Origin: Leptolyngbyaceae cyanobacterium
Lineage (GTDB): Bacteria; Cyanobacteriota; Cyanobacteriia; Phormidesmidales; Phormidesmidaceae
NCBI GenBank assembly: GCA_050331235.1
Contig: JBHJHA010000041.1
Location: forward strand, 1 to 64,000
Reading direction: 5' to 3'
Length of the DNA: 64,000 nucleotides
The position numbers and the translations under genes were made by a program. This document shows, in pieces, positions 10,022 to 20,765 of the stretch; within the stretch, counting starts at the first letter, position 1; each line of letters starts with the position of its first letter. The notes under the pieces were generated by a model. That model ran no database searches and had not been told where the DNA came from. It saw only the letters and a list, made by a program, of their open reading frames with translations.

Positions 10022-11596
10022 TCAGCCCGTCGGAGGGGCTTTTTCAACCCAATAGAGATAGTAGCGCTCCGAGCGCGTCCAGGAGTGAGTGAATTCTGCA
10101 ATGGGCGTGATCTTCAGATCGTCATTGGTAGCGTCCAAGGGCAAATGTAGGGTCAGCAAAAGACGCGGTTCGTCTCGCTGCTCTAGCAGCATTTGCACAT
10201 GGGTCAGCACCTCACCATGGCTAATGTAGTTTTCGTGGTTGTCAAACTCGCGATCGCCGCCAAATAGCGTAAAGCTCCCCATCGCCGCCAATTCAGGGTA
10301 GTAGAGTTGGCGGTTCAGATAGCCAGCGATGGGGGCCATATTGGCATCACGGCTCGCTACGATAAAAGCTTGATCGAGACCAGCAGCCTGCATGTAGGCA
10401 GCGGTCGCTTTTCCCGCAGAAAATGGAATCAGTAAATCTCGCGGAAATACATAGAGTCCGCCGAGGAACTGTAGCACCAAAATAGTCGTCAACAGCGGTT
10501 GATAGCTTTGCTGAGCGATCGCCAACAGCCTCTCAGCGGGTCGATCGGTCCGCAGCCAATGGAGATTTGACTCCGGCAGGTAAGCAAACAGCCAAAACGC
10601 CGCAATCAAAATCAGGTAAAAGTGGGCAAAATGGCGAGGGCCAATGCCCGCAAACCGAAAATAGCTAAAGGCCAACAAAATGAGATTAGCCAAGCCAAAG
10701 AAAATCAGGGCCAGGTTGCGTTTGACGAGCTGAAACGCAAAAACAGTGAGCGTACCAACCGTCAGCAAACCACAAAAGAGCAAATCTACCCAGCGGTACT
10801 GACTCGGGACGATCAGGGTGTACCCAGCAAAAATCCGCCCCCAAGCTCTCAACCCGCGCCGAAGATTGAAGTCTAGCTTCCAGGCATCTAACCCGCCATG
10901 GTTATAGCTGTCAGCAGGGGGCGTCAAAATGTAGATTGCCAAGCTCAACCCTGCAGTGATAATCGCCAAGCTCATCGCCCAGTCCAAGGGATGGGCCGTC
11001 TCTAAATACTGCGATCGCACTTTACTATCGAGCCCCAGCTCAATTGCCAGGGTGGCTACTAAGGCTAGGGCGATCAGCAGTCCGTAGGCGCTACTGTTAG
11101 CCATCAGCGCAATGACAATCGCCGCCGGCACGTAGCTACGCCGCCGCCACGGAAAAATCGCGCAAAACACAAACAGGCAGAACATCCCCAAAACGTAGGG
11201 GCGAGCCACATTCAAATACTGATAAAACGGAATGTAGCCAAAGGTAAACAGGATTTTTTGGCGCTGGGTAAACGGGCTGTAACGCCAAAATACCCCCACC
11301 GAGAGCAGCGCGATGGCCCAATGCAAGAGCTGCATTACCCGATAGGAATCGTAGATCTGCCGCAGTGCCGCCAGGCAAGTCGCCCAGAGCGCTGTATGCC
11401 CTTGATATTTCACATGCTGTAGCATTTCCCCTAGGGAGCTGCTATCCCGCACGATCAGCCAAGTATTAAACTCATCTCGCCACATGGCATGGTTGAAGAC
11501 GCCGATGAGCCCTAACCCGCCATAGAGGGTCAGCCAAAATCTCGGGGAGGACAGCAAACGAAGGAGACGATCAGCGATGGGGCGAGGGCGATTCAT
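10022..11596 (-). CDS. Polytopic membrane protein, possible GT-C-type glycosyltransferase
   Basis: 524 aa with about 11 TM segments; HAMWRDE after TM1; ARPY motif; soluble C-terminal domain. Confidence 0.6.
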   Translation of the reverse strand: MNRPRPIADRLLRLLSSPRFWLTLYGGLGLIGVFNHAMWRDEFNTWLIVRDSSSLGEMLQHVKYQGHTALWATCLAALRQIYDSYRVMQLLHWAIALLSVGVFWRYSPFTQRQKILFTFGYIPFYQYLNVARPYVLGMFCLFVFCAIFPWRRRSYVPAAIVIALMANSSAYGLLIALALVATLAIELGLDSKVRSQYLETAHPLDWAMSLAIITAGLSLAIYILTPPADSYNHGGLDAWKLDFNLRRGLRAWGRIFAGYTLIVPSQYRWVDLLFCGLLTVGTLTVFAFQLVKRNLALIFFGLANLILLAFSYFRFAGIGPRHFAHFYLILIAAFWLFAYLPESNLHWLRTDRPAERLLAIAQQSYQPLLTTILVLQFLGGLYVFPRDLLIPFSAGKATAAYMQAAGLDQAFIVASRDANMAPIAGYLNRQLYYPELAAMGSFTLFGGDREFDNHENYISHGEVLTHVQMLLEQRDEPRLLLTLHLPLDATNDDLKITPIAEFTHSWTRSERYYLYWVEKAPPTG

Positions 11597-11969
11597 GGAA
11601 GCGATCGCCCGCTAAGGCGATGGGACAAACAGCTCACTATTATCGACGAGTTTACCTGTAACAGCGACCGGATACTGGCAAAACCGTCCCTCGAAGTCTG
11701 GGCAACGCTGCCGCTCTCATCACCCTATTGTGAGCCAATACGAAGCGATCGCGCTCTATGCCGGCAATTTCTGCGGGGCCATGTTAGACCTGCCTCCCTT
11801 CACACCAAGCCTTGCAGTGCCGACAACAGCAAATCGTTCACTCCGCATAGAGGACGGCAGTGTCCAGGTTGGCAACGCCCGCCTTAAACCCAGCATCCTG
11901 GACCTTAAAACCATTACCAGATAAGCGTGCAGGGGCATCTTAAAGGCCGCGAAGCACTGACACCCGTCG

Positions 11970-12365
11970 CTAGATAAAGCCATGCAAAAATTCATAGGGC
12001 TCATCTTCCCAACAGGGTTCAGGATAGAGCCGAGCCAAGTGACGATGAATATCGAGCTGAATATCTGACAGATCTTCAACTTCGAAGAGATCGTCGAGCG
12101 CAGCAGCATCACGGGGGCGTAACGATGCCAGCGGACTGGCATGACTAACATTGAGGCTTCGGGAAGTGCGCGCAGGCCGCAGTTGAGGTGAAAAAGCCGA
12201 CTCTCCCAAGCCAGATCGATAGCTGTAGCCACCAGTCTGAGGCCGCGATCGCCTAGAGTCCGCTTGCGTCACAGCCAACCGCCGGTCAGCTTCAACCAGA
12301 CTGGACACGGGCTGTCTACCATATGGTGTATTTCTAACGTTGAGATTGCCGAACCCTTCGTCCAT
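11970..12365 (-). CDS. Hypothetical protein with acidic C-terminal segment
   Basis: ATG-started ORF filling an otherwise empty gap; C-terminus LDDLFEVEDLSDIQLDIHRHLARLYPEPCWEDEPYEFL looks protein-like. Confidence 0.5.
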   Translation of the reverse strand: MDEGFGNLNVRNTPYGRQPVSSLVEADRRLAVTQADSRRSRPQTGGYSYRSGLGESAFSPQLRPARTSRSLNVSHASPLASLRPRDAAALDDLFEVEDLSDIQLDIHRHLARLYPEPCWEDEPYEFLHGFI

Positions 12366-12879
12366 GAGCAAGTTGGTAGATTTTGTGATCAGCAGCTCAG
12401 ATAACAAAGCGCAGCAGGAGCATGGCTCATGCTGTGAACATCTCAGTTATCTCAATCCGATGGAAATTGAGCTGGAGCTGGATTAACAGAATTGGCAAGA
12501 CGCGAAGCATGACACAATGCGTCTCTGTAGTCAACGATAGGGCCGACTAAATCAAAAGCAATGACTTTTGGAAACTACATCCCAGGGTCCGTCAGTTGCT
12601 GAAAAGCATTCGCTCCAGGGATTTGTTGAGGACTTAACAAATCACCAAAGCGTTAGTGTATGCCCGCTAAATACACCCTTAAGTAATTTTACTGTAACTC
12701 ATCATTGTGATACTGCCATTTCAGACACTACCCGAGGGCGATCGCAACTTTGGTTGTTGTGCCGGGGCCTTCAACCCAGAATCCATAGCTCTGTTGGCTA
12801 ACGTCCCAGCCGCCGACCAGATAATGGCGTCGCGGCCACGGCCTCAACTCTGCCTGAGTCTAATCCCCCACCTTTGGGC

Positions 12880-13644
12880 TTAGTGTTGAGAGCCTGAGTC
12901 AAGGGCATGGCTAGCTGGCTTACGCATGGCTTTGACCGGTAGCTGCCACAGTTCGGCCTCGGCTCGGGGCAACAAACGTCGTTGAAAGACTTCAGCAAAT
13001 TGAATTTCTAAAATAGCCTGCACCTGCGATCGCATAATGCCCGGTTGAAACTGTTCTAAGCTGCCCACCGGCTTATCGCTGATACCGCAGGGCACAATCT
13101 GCCGAAACCCGGATAACTCCGGCGTCACGTTCAGGGCAAACCCGTGCATCGTGATCCAGCGGCTGACTTTGATGCCAATCGCCGCTACCTTATGGCCCTC
13201 AACCCAGACTCCGGTCAAACCCGGCAGGCGCTCACCTGGTAAACCAAGGACTTGCAACGTCCGGATCAAAACTTCCTCAAGCTGGCGCAGATACCAATGC
13301 AGATCGGGCTGATGGCGACGCAAGTTGAGAATGGGATAGCCCACTAACTGTCCTGGGCAGTGGTGAGTCACTTCACCGCCCCTTTCGATCTTGATGATCG
13401 GTGGGGACTGCTGATCCGGAGTGAAGTGAATGAACCGCTCATCAGCCCCTTGACCAAGGGTGTAGACAGCGGGATGTTCCAGCAGCAGCAGTGTATCGGG
13501 CAGGGTTGGCGTTTGGCGTCGTAAGGTCACGAGATGCTGCTGCCACTGCCACGCCAACACAAAGGGCACGAGCCCGCAGCGATAGAGATAACAGATTGGC
13601 GGGGCGATCGCAGCCGGCTCAAATGTCGCTTCTGGATGAGGCAT
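12880..13644 (-). CDS. lipB: Lipoyl(octanoyl) transferase
   Basis: [43 protein letters not shown] and IVPCG motifs. Confidence 0.96.
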   Translation of the reverse strand: MPHPEATFEPAAIAPPICYLYRCGLVPFVLAWQWQQHLVTLRRQTPTLPDTLLLLEHPAVYTLGQGADERFIHFTPDQQSPPIIKIERGGEVTHHCPGQLVGYPILNLRRHQPDLHWYLRQLEEVLIRTLQVLGLPGERLPGLTGVWVEGHKVAAIGIKVSRWITMHGFALNVTPELSGFRQIVPCGISDKPVGSLEQFQPGIMRSQVQAILEIQFAEVFQRRLLPRAEAELWQLPVKAMRKPASHALDSGSQH

Positions 13645-13794
13645 TAACACAAAAAATAAGCGTGGTCCAAAAAATCTTGAAAAAAGGAATCAAGAATTAT
13701 CAACGGTTGCAAAGGATCCTATCGGGAACTGTCGTGCAGAATACAAGGTGCTACGGTGAAGACATAAGACGAATATCGCATCGGAGGCGACTCT

Positions 13795-14427
13795 ATGAAG
13801 CTCGTGATTCAAGGCAAGAACATCGAGATCACGGATGCTATCCGCAGTTATGTCGACCAAAAGATCTCAAAGGCCGTCAGTCATTTCAAGCATTGGACCA
13901 ATGAGGTAGACGTCAATTTATCTGTGGCGAAGAACGCTCGCATCACTCCAAAGCAAAGCGCAGAAGTTACTTTATATATCAACGGCGCCGTGGTTAGAGC
14001 GGAAGAAAGTAGCGAAAACCTTTACGCCAGTATTGATCTGGTCGCCAACAAAATCACTCGACAGCTTCGAAAATATAAAGAAAAGCGCAGCAGTCGCCAT
14101 CACGCCTCGATTAAGCCCAATGATGCTCTCGTCAGCACAGAGACGCCCACCGCAGACGTGACCGAATTATTGGAGAAAGCACCTGCCTTACCCGATGCTG
14201 TTTTGAGAACTAAATACTTCTCCATGCCGCCCATGACCGTGCAAGAGGCGCTAGAGCATTTAGAACTCGTAGACCATGATTTCTACATGTTCCTCAATGC
14301 CGACACAGAGGAAATCAACGTGGTTTATGAGCGTAACCATGGTGGCTACGGGCTGCTACAGCCCCGGCAAAACCAAGCTGGCAACTCGGCTTCAAGCGAG
14401 CGTCGACAATCGGTTTCCGTCGCCTAG
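13795..14427 (+). CDS. hpf: Ribosome hibernation promoting factor (long HPF / LrtA)
   Basis: MKLVIQGKNIEITDAIRSYV, NLYASIDLV..KITRQLRKYKEK, and C-terminal DHDFYMF...VVYERNHGGYG. Confidence 0.95.
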   Translation: MKLVIQGKNIEITDAIRSYVDQKISKAVSHFKHWTNEVDVNLSVAKNARITPKQSAEVTLYINGAVVRAEESSENLYASIDLVANKITRQLRKYKEKRSSRHHASIKPNDALVSTETPTADVTELLEKAPALPDAVLRTKYFSMPPMTVQEALEHLELVDHDFYMFLNADTEEINVVYERNHGGYGLLQPRQNQAGNSASSERRQSVSVA

Positions 14428-14468
14428 AGCCAACTTTTTGTCCCCATTTCCTCGCTCAACATAAGGAT

Positions 14469-14516
14469 AAAGGTCTTCGCGTGATCGCACACCGCAATCA
14501 ACGAAGACCTTTTTTT
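14469..14516. terminator. Probable intrinsic terminator between convergent hpf and grxC
   Basis: AAAGGTCTTCG (14469-14479) pairs with CGAAGACCTTT (14502-14512), followed by a T run. Confidence 0.7.
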
Positions 14517-14526
14517 ATAAGCCAGC

Positions 14527-14802
14527 TTAAGCGTTACTGGCGATCGCCAAGAGCGAGTCAAGCTCACCTTGACGGTCTAAGCCATATAGATCATCACAGC
14601 CGCCGATGTGCTGATCGTCAACAAAAATCTGTGGCAGCGATCGCTTACCGCCCGCCCGCTCTGCCATTTTGTCTCGAGCCGCTTCATCACCATCGATGCA
14701 GTATTCGGTGTATTCGACCCCTTTTTGGTCTAAGAGGCCTTTGGCACGCTGACAATAGGGGCAATAGCTCCAAGTGTAAATCTCGACATTAGGCGTCGCC
14801 AT
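14527..14802 (-). CDS. grxC: Glutaredoxin 3
   Basis: CPYC active site, SLPQIF, HIGGCDDL. Confidence 0.95.
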   Translation of the reverse strand: MATPNVEIYTWSYCPYCQRAKGLLDQKGVEYTEYCIDGDEAARDKMAERAGGKRSLPQIFVDDQHIGGCDDLYGLDRQGELDSLLAIASNA

Positions 14803-14959
14803 AACCTAAAACCTCCTCAAAGGACCAATAATGGTTACATTTTCTGGGCTCCATCCTAACGTTTTGTATCATCCCCCGCCAAACACAGCCGGGGAAAACA
14901 CGACAGAGACAGCATCGCCTAGCACCGCAGCAACCGCCCTGTTGCCCTGCGGTACAGCG

Positions 14960-16183
14960 TTAATTGGTCGGTAGCTGAGCCGTTGTCAATTCGTCTAAGT
15001 CAGGTTGAGGAACCGTATCCAAAATGACTGCCTCATAGGGAATAACACCCCGCTGAGCACTGCCTAGGCAGTGGGCCGCTGCCTTTGACAAATCCAGTGA
15101 TCGCTGGCCGACATAGGGGCCGCGATCATTAATCCGCACCACGACCGATTGCCCACTCATGCGGTTCGTCACCTTGAGGCGCGTATTAAAGGGCAGAGTT
15201 TTATGGGCTGCTGTCAGAGCATTCTCGTTGAAGATTTCGCCATTGGCAGTTCTTCTACCATGGAAGCCTGGACCATACCAGGAAGCCGTACCGTAGATCG
15301 TCTCCGACGTCTCGACGAGATTTTCCAACGCCATTTGGATATCCACCGGTTCTAGGGGCGCTTCGTCAAACGCCAACCGGAGATTATTGATCCACTGGAT
15401 TGCGGTGAGGGTGGCAGGCACCTCAGGATGAGGCTGAAAGGTTTCATCCAATAAAAAGAGCACATCATTGTGATGACCAATGCCCACAAAATTACTGCCG
15501 ATTAAGGGCTTGAGTTGAGTCGGATCCAGTTGTCCTGACTGCACTAGGCTTCTCAGCCTATAGGCAATTTTTTGGGCAGCGACTTGTCCTGAAACCGCGC
15601 CAATAAACTGGTTATGGACCCAAACCTGCGACTTGGGTGACGATTTCATCGCTAAAGCACTGGGCTGATAGGGGGCCTCAGCCGTTTGCAAGCAAAGTCC
15701 ATGGACCTGACTGGCAACGCTAACCTCTCTGACCTCAGCTACCGGCTCAACCCTCACCGCGGCTACAGCTGACCAACTATGCCACTCTGGATAAAAGCTG
15801 TCTGATGATGTAGACATCGCGATCGGCGTCGTACCAGAGGTTGCGATAGTCGGCTCAAACCCTGTCAAAGTGATCCCGATGGCTGGAACAAGGGTTTGAA
15901 ATTGGTGCTGATTAGCCACCGGCTCCTGGAGCTTCGTATCGGCTGTCACGTCCGACATCAAAAGCGCGGAGTCCGTTGAGGCAGCTGCGTCAGTGGTGGA
16001 GGCCGCCAGCGTGGCAAGCTTCACTAGGGAGTCTGACCGCGAGGACTGCCTTTCCCCATCATTTCCAGGGAAAGGCAAGAACTCTTGCAAAAACTCAGGC
16101 TGCAAGCAGATGTCTTTGGTAGATTTAGCAGCAGAGGCGGGACAAAGGATAGACGCTGCCCAAACGATTCCCAAAATTTCCAT
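14960..16183 (-). CDS. rlpA: Septal ring lytic transglycosylase RlpA family protein
   Basis: C-terminal DPBB domain: GTASWYGPGFHGRRTANGE, TAAHKTLPF, VVVRINDRGPY, LDLSKAAA. Confidence 0.9.
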   Translation of the reverse strand: MEILGIVWAASILCPASAAKSTKDICLQPEFLQEFLPFPGNDGERQSSRSDSLVKLATLAASTTDAAASTDSALLMSDVTADTKLQEPVANQHQFQTLVPAIGITLTGFEPTIATSGTTPIAMSTSSDSFYPEWHSWSAVAAVRVEPVAEVREVSVASQVHGLCLQTAEAPYQPSALAMKSSPKSQVWVHNQFIGAVSGQVAAQKIAYRLRSLVQSGQLDPTQLKPLIGSNFVGIGHHNDVLFLLDETFQPHPEVPATLTAIQWINNLRLAFDEAPLEPVDIQMALENLVETSETIYGTASWYGPGFHGRRTANGEIFNENALTAAHKTLPFNTRLKVTNRMSGQSVVVRINDRGPYVGQRSLDLSKAAAHCLGSAQRGVIPYEAVILDTVPQPDLDELTTAQLPTN

Positions 16184-16395
16184 GACTTTTTGGCAGTTGC
16201 CAAGACCTGTAGAACAAGACTAAAGCGAACTTCGCATCCGTGTACTCGAATACAAAATCACTTTAGTCCACCAGTATAAGCACGCGGTTTTGCATTAGGG
16301 ATCGGTAGATCGGCATAGGCATCCCTCGCAAACACCTTGAAATCAGCCCTTCAATACCAACCTTAAGAAATAGTTAAATCAAGTAAGAGGCGACA

Positions 16396-17280
16396 ATGGT
16401 CAATCTGCCGCTAAATGAACCTCCTGATTCGCCGTTGGGCCCGTTACGTGCTCGACTAGCAACTCATCTGCAGCACCTAGTGGGCAATCGCGACCCGTAT
16501 CTAGCGTCCGGTGGACATCAGCTTACTCAGCAGTATTTGCGATCGGTCCTATCTACATGGGGAGACGTCATCGCTGACGACTTTCAAGTGCGAGGGCAGC
16601 ATCACTGCAACTGGATTTTGCAACTGCCCGGTACCGCATCGGCTCGCCCACCCATAATCATTGGGGCGCATTACGACACCATTCCCGGCACCCCGGGTGC
16701 TGATGACAATGCTAGTGGCCTCGCCGTGTTATTAGAGGTGGCTCGCTATTTAGCCACTTGCTCACTGGCGCGACCCTGCTGGCTTATCGCATTTGACATG
16801 GAAGAGTTTGGCTTGTTGGGTAGTCAGGCCCTTGCGACAAAGTTGCAGGCGACCCAGCAGGCCGTGCACTTGATGCTGTCCCTCGAGATGCTGGGCTATT
16901 GCGATCGCACTCCAGGTAGTCAGCGCTATCCTACCCCCTGGTTGACCAAACTCTATCCTGATCGGGGAGACTTCATCGCCCTGATCGGCAACCTGTGTAC
17001 TCTCCGCGCCATGCAAAAACTGCGCCGTCACCTGCGGCAGGCCAACGCCCCCTGCGAATATTTACCCGTGCCCAATGCCGGTCGCTGGGTGCCTGCCACC
17101 CGGCGTAGTGATCATGCGTCATTTTGGGACTGTGGCTATCCGGCGCTCATGGTGACTGACACAGCCTTTTTACGCAATCCACACTACCACCAACCCAGCG
17201 ATCACCTAGAAACCCTCGATTTAGACTTTATGACTGGCGTTTGTTGGGGACTGATGCGGGGACTCGCAGCACTGGCATAA
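16396..17280 (+). CDS. M28 family metallopeptidase
   Basis: GAHYDT, GADDNASG, FDMEEFG, SDHASF and YHQPSD zinc-ligand motifs. Confidence 0.92.
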   Translation: MVNLPLNEPPDSPLGPLRARLATHLQHLVGNRDPYLASGGHQLTQQYLRSVLSTWGDVIADDFQVRGQHHCNWILQLPGTASARPPIIIGAHYDTIPGTPGADDNASGLAVLLEVARYLATCSLARPCWLIAFDMEEFGLLGSQALATKLQATQQAVHLMLSLEMLGYCDRTPGSQRYPTPWLTKLYPDRGDFIALIGNLCTLRAMQKLRRHLRQANAPCEYLPVPNAGRWVPATRRSDHASFWDCGYPALMVTDTAFLRNPHYHQPSDHLETLDLDFMTGVCWGLMRGLAALA

Positions 17281-17393
17281 ACAGACATAGGCTTGCCCTG
17301 GTTAAAGATCTCTTTCTCAATGGAGATGACGCCATCTCCCCAGCTGCTTACTCTGCGAAAGGTACTTGTAGGTTCTCATTCCAAAGGCACACC

Positions 17394-18197
17394 ATGAAAG
17401 GACTGAACGGAAAAACAGCTATCGTCACGGGCGCGAGTTCCGGCATTGGCAAAGCGATCGCAATTCGTTTGGGAGCTGAGGGATGCAACGTTGTATTCAA
17501 CTATCGCAGCGACCAAGAGGGGGCGGAGGCAGCCGCCAAAGCGGCTCACGAACAAGCCCAAGCGGCTGGCTACAGCATTCAGACGCTAACCGTTCAGGCC
17601 GATGTTTCCAAGGAAGACAACATTGCCAACCTCATTCAGCAGACAACAGATGCCTACGGTAGCTTCGATATGCTGATCAACAACGCCGGCATTCAAATTG
17701 AAGAGCCTTCGCACAAAGTACCAACCGAGGAATTTGATAAGGTCATCAGCGTCAACTTACGTGGCGCTTACCTATGCGCCCGCGAAGCCATCCAACACTA
17801 CTTGCAGCAGGGGCAAGGCGGCATCGTTATCAATGTGTCTAGCGTCCACGAGATCATTCCGCGCCCGGAATACATCAGCTACTCCATGAGCAAAGGGGCC
17901 ATGGGTAATATGACCCGCACCCTAGCGCTGGAGTATGCCGGTTCAGGTATTCGCATCAACGGCATTGCACCAGGGGCGACGGCCACCCCCATCAATGATG
18001 AGTGGGTCGATGATCCGCAAAAGCGAGAAGAGGTTAAAAGCCACATTCCCTTAGGACGGGCAGGCACGCCGGAAGAGATGGCCGCCGCCACCGCGTTTTT
18101 AGTCTCTGATGAAGCCACCTATATCACTGGCCAAACCTTATATATTGACGGTGGGCTGACGCTATATGCCGATTTTCGCGAATCTTGGTCAGCTTGA
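17394..18197 (+). CDS. gdh: Glucose 1-dehydrogenase (SDR family)
   Basis: TGASSGIG, NNAGIQ, SSVHEIIP, YSMSK catalytic YxxxK, TPIN and YITGQTLYIDGG, as in Bacillus-type GDH. Confidence 0.85.
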   Translation: MKGLNGKTAIVTGASSGIGKAIAIRLGAEGCNVVFNYRSDQEGAEAAAKAAHEQAQAAGYSIQTLTVQADVSKEDNIANLIQQTTDAYGSFDMLINNAGIQIEEPSHKVPTEEFDKVISVNLRGAYLCAREAIQHYLQQGQGGIVINVSSVHEIIPRPEYISYSMSKGAMGNMTRTLALEYAGSGIRINGIAPGATATPINDEWVDDPQKREEVKSHIPLGRAGTPEEMAAATAFLVSDEATYITGQTLYIDGGLTLYADFRESWSA

Positions 18198-18248
18198 GGG
18201 TAGACCATCAGCCCGCGATAGCAGCTGCGTTGAGATCAGGATAGAGGC

Positions 18249-19151
18249 ATGAACCTGTCAACGGTAATACCTAAATCTGAAAGGCCCCGCAATGTGCTGG
18301 CTACCCGCGCGCGCCTGGGTGAAGGGCCCGTTTGGGACGAGCAGCAGCAGCGCCTTCACTGGGTCGACATCTACAATCGGCGGATTCACACTTACGACCC
18401 CGCCAAGACCTCCGCTAGCTTTATCGAAGTTGACTCGGTGGTAAGCGGTCTTTTTATCGACGATGCCGAGCACCTGATCATCGCCGAAGAAAATGGCCTC
18501 AGCCGCCTCAACTTACTCACCCACCAGCGAGAACCCATCGTTTCTATCGAGGCTGATCGGCCTAACAACCGGCTCAACGATGTGCGGTGCGATTGTCAGG
18601 GACGGCTGTGGATCGGCACGATGAATAATGATGAGCAGCCGCAGGCCAGCCTTTATCGGTTTGATCCCAACGGTTCCCTGCACAAAATGGAGACGGACCT
18701 ATCAATCTCTAACGGTTTGGGCTGGAATCCTGACCAAAGTGCATTTTATCTGACCGATTCCCCACGTCAACTGATTTATGCCTATCGGTTTGAGGCCGAG
18801 AGCGGCACCATTGGAGATCGCACTGTTCTCATTGACTTGACGGCCGAGACATTCTTTCCGGATGGCTTAACCATCGATAGTGAAGGCTGTATCTGGTCCG
18901 CCATGTGGAATGGGGGCTGTGTGATCCGCTTCAACCCCGACGGTCAAGAAATAGACCGAATTGCCTTACCGGTACCGCTAGTGACCTCCTGTACCTTTGG
19001 GGGACCAGACCTGGCTGACCTCTATATCACTACGGCATCCGCTGGCATGAGTCAGGCAGAGCTCAAGCAGTATCACGAGGCCGGAGATTTGTTCTGTTTA
19101 CCCACCAGTGTTCGCGGTTTGCCCAGCGAGCGCTGCTCCTTGCGTTGCTGA
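18249..19151 (+). CDS. SMP-30/gluconolactonase/LRE family protein
   Basis: LGEGPVWD, NRLND, SNGLGW, PDGLTIDSEG and TSCTFGG motifs. Confidence 0.93.
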   Translation: MNLSTVIPKSERPRNVLATRARLGEGPVWDEQQQRLHWVDIYNRRIHTYDPAKTSASFIEVDSVVSGLFIDDAEHLIIAEENGLSRLNLLTHQREPIVSIEADRPNNRLNDVRCDCQGRLWIGTMNNDEQPQASLYRFDPNGSLHKMETDLSISNGLGWNPDQSAFYLTDSPRQLIYAYRFEAESGTIGDRTVLIDLTAETFFPDGLTIDSEGCIWSAMWNGGCVIRFNPDGQEIDRIALPVPLVTSCTFGGPDLADLYITTASAGMSQAELKQYHEAGDLFCLPTSVRGLPSERCSLRC

Positions 19152-19320
19152 TGCGATTCCCAGCATCGCCCAGCTGCTAATTTTGCCAGGGTATCCCCCC
19201 CGCTGCCGCCTCAAGCAAAATGCCCGGCACTGTTTGGGCTGGATTTGCATCCGAGGTCTTGTCTAGACTGGGATGCTCGGTGTACCATAAAAGACTGTGT
19301 CGAAAATAGAGAAAGTCGTT

Positions 19321-19518
19321 ATGCCAAAGCTAAAAACCCGTCGAGCGGCTGCTAAGCGTTTTAAGCGCACTGGCAGTGGCAAATTTGTGCGCCGTCGAGC
19401 TTTTCGCAATCACCTCCTAGAGAAAAAGAAGACCAAGCGCAAGACTCACCTCGGTCAAAAAGCGGTTGTAGTCGATGCGGATGCTCAAAATATTGAGCTA
19501 ATGATGCCTTACTCTTAG
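19321..19518 (+). CDS. rpmI: 50S ribosomal protein L35
   Basis: [21 protein letters not shown]...HLLEKK. Confidence 0.97.
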   Translation: MPKLKTRRAAAKRFKRTGSGKFVRRRAFRNHLLEKKKTKRKTHLGQKAVVVDADAQNIELMMPYS

Positions 19519-19615
19519 GTCGGTAAAAGCCGAGGGTCAGCAACAGACGTGCTGCTTCTTTCTCCATACAAGATTTCGTAAACAGTTTAGTAGTTCAACA
19601 TAAGGGTTAAACACA

Positions 19616-19966
19616 ATGGCACGGGTCAAGCGCGGTAATGTCGCCCGCAAACGCCGCAAAAAAGTCTTAAAGCTAGCCAAGGGCTTTCGCGGATCTCACT
19701 CTAAGCTCTTTCGTACAGCTAACCAGCAAGTGATGAAAGCGTTGCGATACGCTTATCGCGATCGCCGTCGCCGGAAGCGTGACTTTCGCCGCTTGTGGAT
19801 TGCTCGCATTAACGCGGCAGCGCGGCAGCAGGGGCTCAGCTACAGCCGCCTGATCGGTCAGCTCAAGAAGGCCGATATCGAGATCAATCGGAAGATGCTG
19901 GCCCAGATGGCTGTGCTTGATCCTGCGGGGTTCAACAAAGTCGTCGAAATTGCTCGCAACGCCTAA
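19616..19966 (+). CDS. rplT: 50S ribosomal protein L20
   Basis: MARVKRG...KGFRG...[24 protein letters not shown]. Confidence 0.98.
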   Translation: MARVKRGNVARKRRKKVLKLAKGFRGSHSKLFRTANQQVMKALRYAYRDRRRRKRDFRRLWIARINAAARQQGLSYSRLIGQLKKADIEINRKMLAQMAVLDPAGFNKVVEIARNA

Positions 19967-19994
19967 ACTTTAGGTAAACCTGTCTATCAACGGC

Positions 19995-20765
19995 ATGCGC
20001 TTACCCATTTCTATTTTTGGCACACTGCTGGGGATGTATTTCGCTACATCCCCAGTTGCTTTTTCTGCAGATTTAGAAACCATTCGCGAGCGGGGATACC
20101 TCGTGGTTGCGGTTAAAGATAACTGGCGGCCCTTAGGGTTCCGCGACGACAATGGCAATTTAGTAGGCTTAGAAATTGATATTGCCACGCGGCTAGCGGA
20201 GGCGTTATTTGCCGACCCAACGGCCGTGCAATTGGTCCCCGTGACCAATCGTGATCGCTTAGCAGTCGTTTTAGCTGACAAAGTGGATGTGGCGATCGCG
20301 GGCGTAGCGATGACGCCGATGCGAGAGCGAGTTGTGAGCTTTAGTACGCCTTACTATTTGGACGGCACTGCATTTTTAACCCCAACAGGGCAGGCCCTGG
20401 GGCTGCAAGACTTGACCCGGAGTACCATTGCGTTGATTTCCGGCTCGGAGGCAGTAGCCCATGTCCACTACACGCTGCCTGACGCTAACCTGATTGGCGT
20501 CGATTCTTACCTGGAAGCCTATGGTTTGATGGAGTCGGGCCAGGTTGAGGCGATCGCCGCCGACCTGACAGTGTTGACAGGCTGGGTCCAGGAATATTCT
20601 GGCTATCAACTGTTGCCGACTGTATTGACGGCCGAGCCACTAGCAGTGGTGTTGCCGGAAGGGCAGCAATACGACGAGTTACGCCGCTTTATTAATACCG
20701 CTATTGATCAGTGGCATACTGATGGCTGGCTCGAAGAGCGGGCCACCGTCTGGGGATTGCCCTAA
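19995..20765 (+). CDS. Extracellular solute-binding protein, family 3 (amino acid ABC type)
   Basis: Signal peptide; IRERGYLVVAV, GLEIDIA and R..VVSFSTPYY motifs. Confidence 0.88.
   Translation: MRLPISIFGTLLGMYFATSPVAFSADLETIRERGYLVVAVKDNWRPLGFRDDNGNLVGLEIDIATRLAEALFADPTAVQLVPVTNRDRLAVVLADKVDVAIAGVAMTPMRERVVSFSTPYYLDGTAFLTPTGQALGLQDLTRSTIALISGSEAVAHVHYTLPDANLIGVDSYLEAYGLMESGQVEAIAADLTVLTGWVQEYSGYQLLPTVLTAEPLAVVLPEGQQYDELRRFINTAIDQWHTDGWLEERATVWGLP

Noticed and set aside
11730..12232. Overlapping 64-aa (+) and 158-aa (-) ORFs
   Set aside because: No recognisable motifs; the 158-aa ORF overlaps the more plausible 11970-12365 ORF.
19152..19320. Possible L20 leader RNA upstream of rpmI
   Set aside because: No structure or motif I can support from the sequence.
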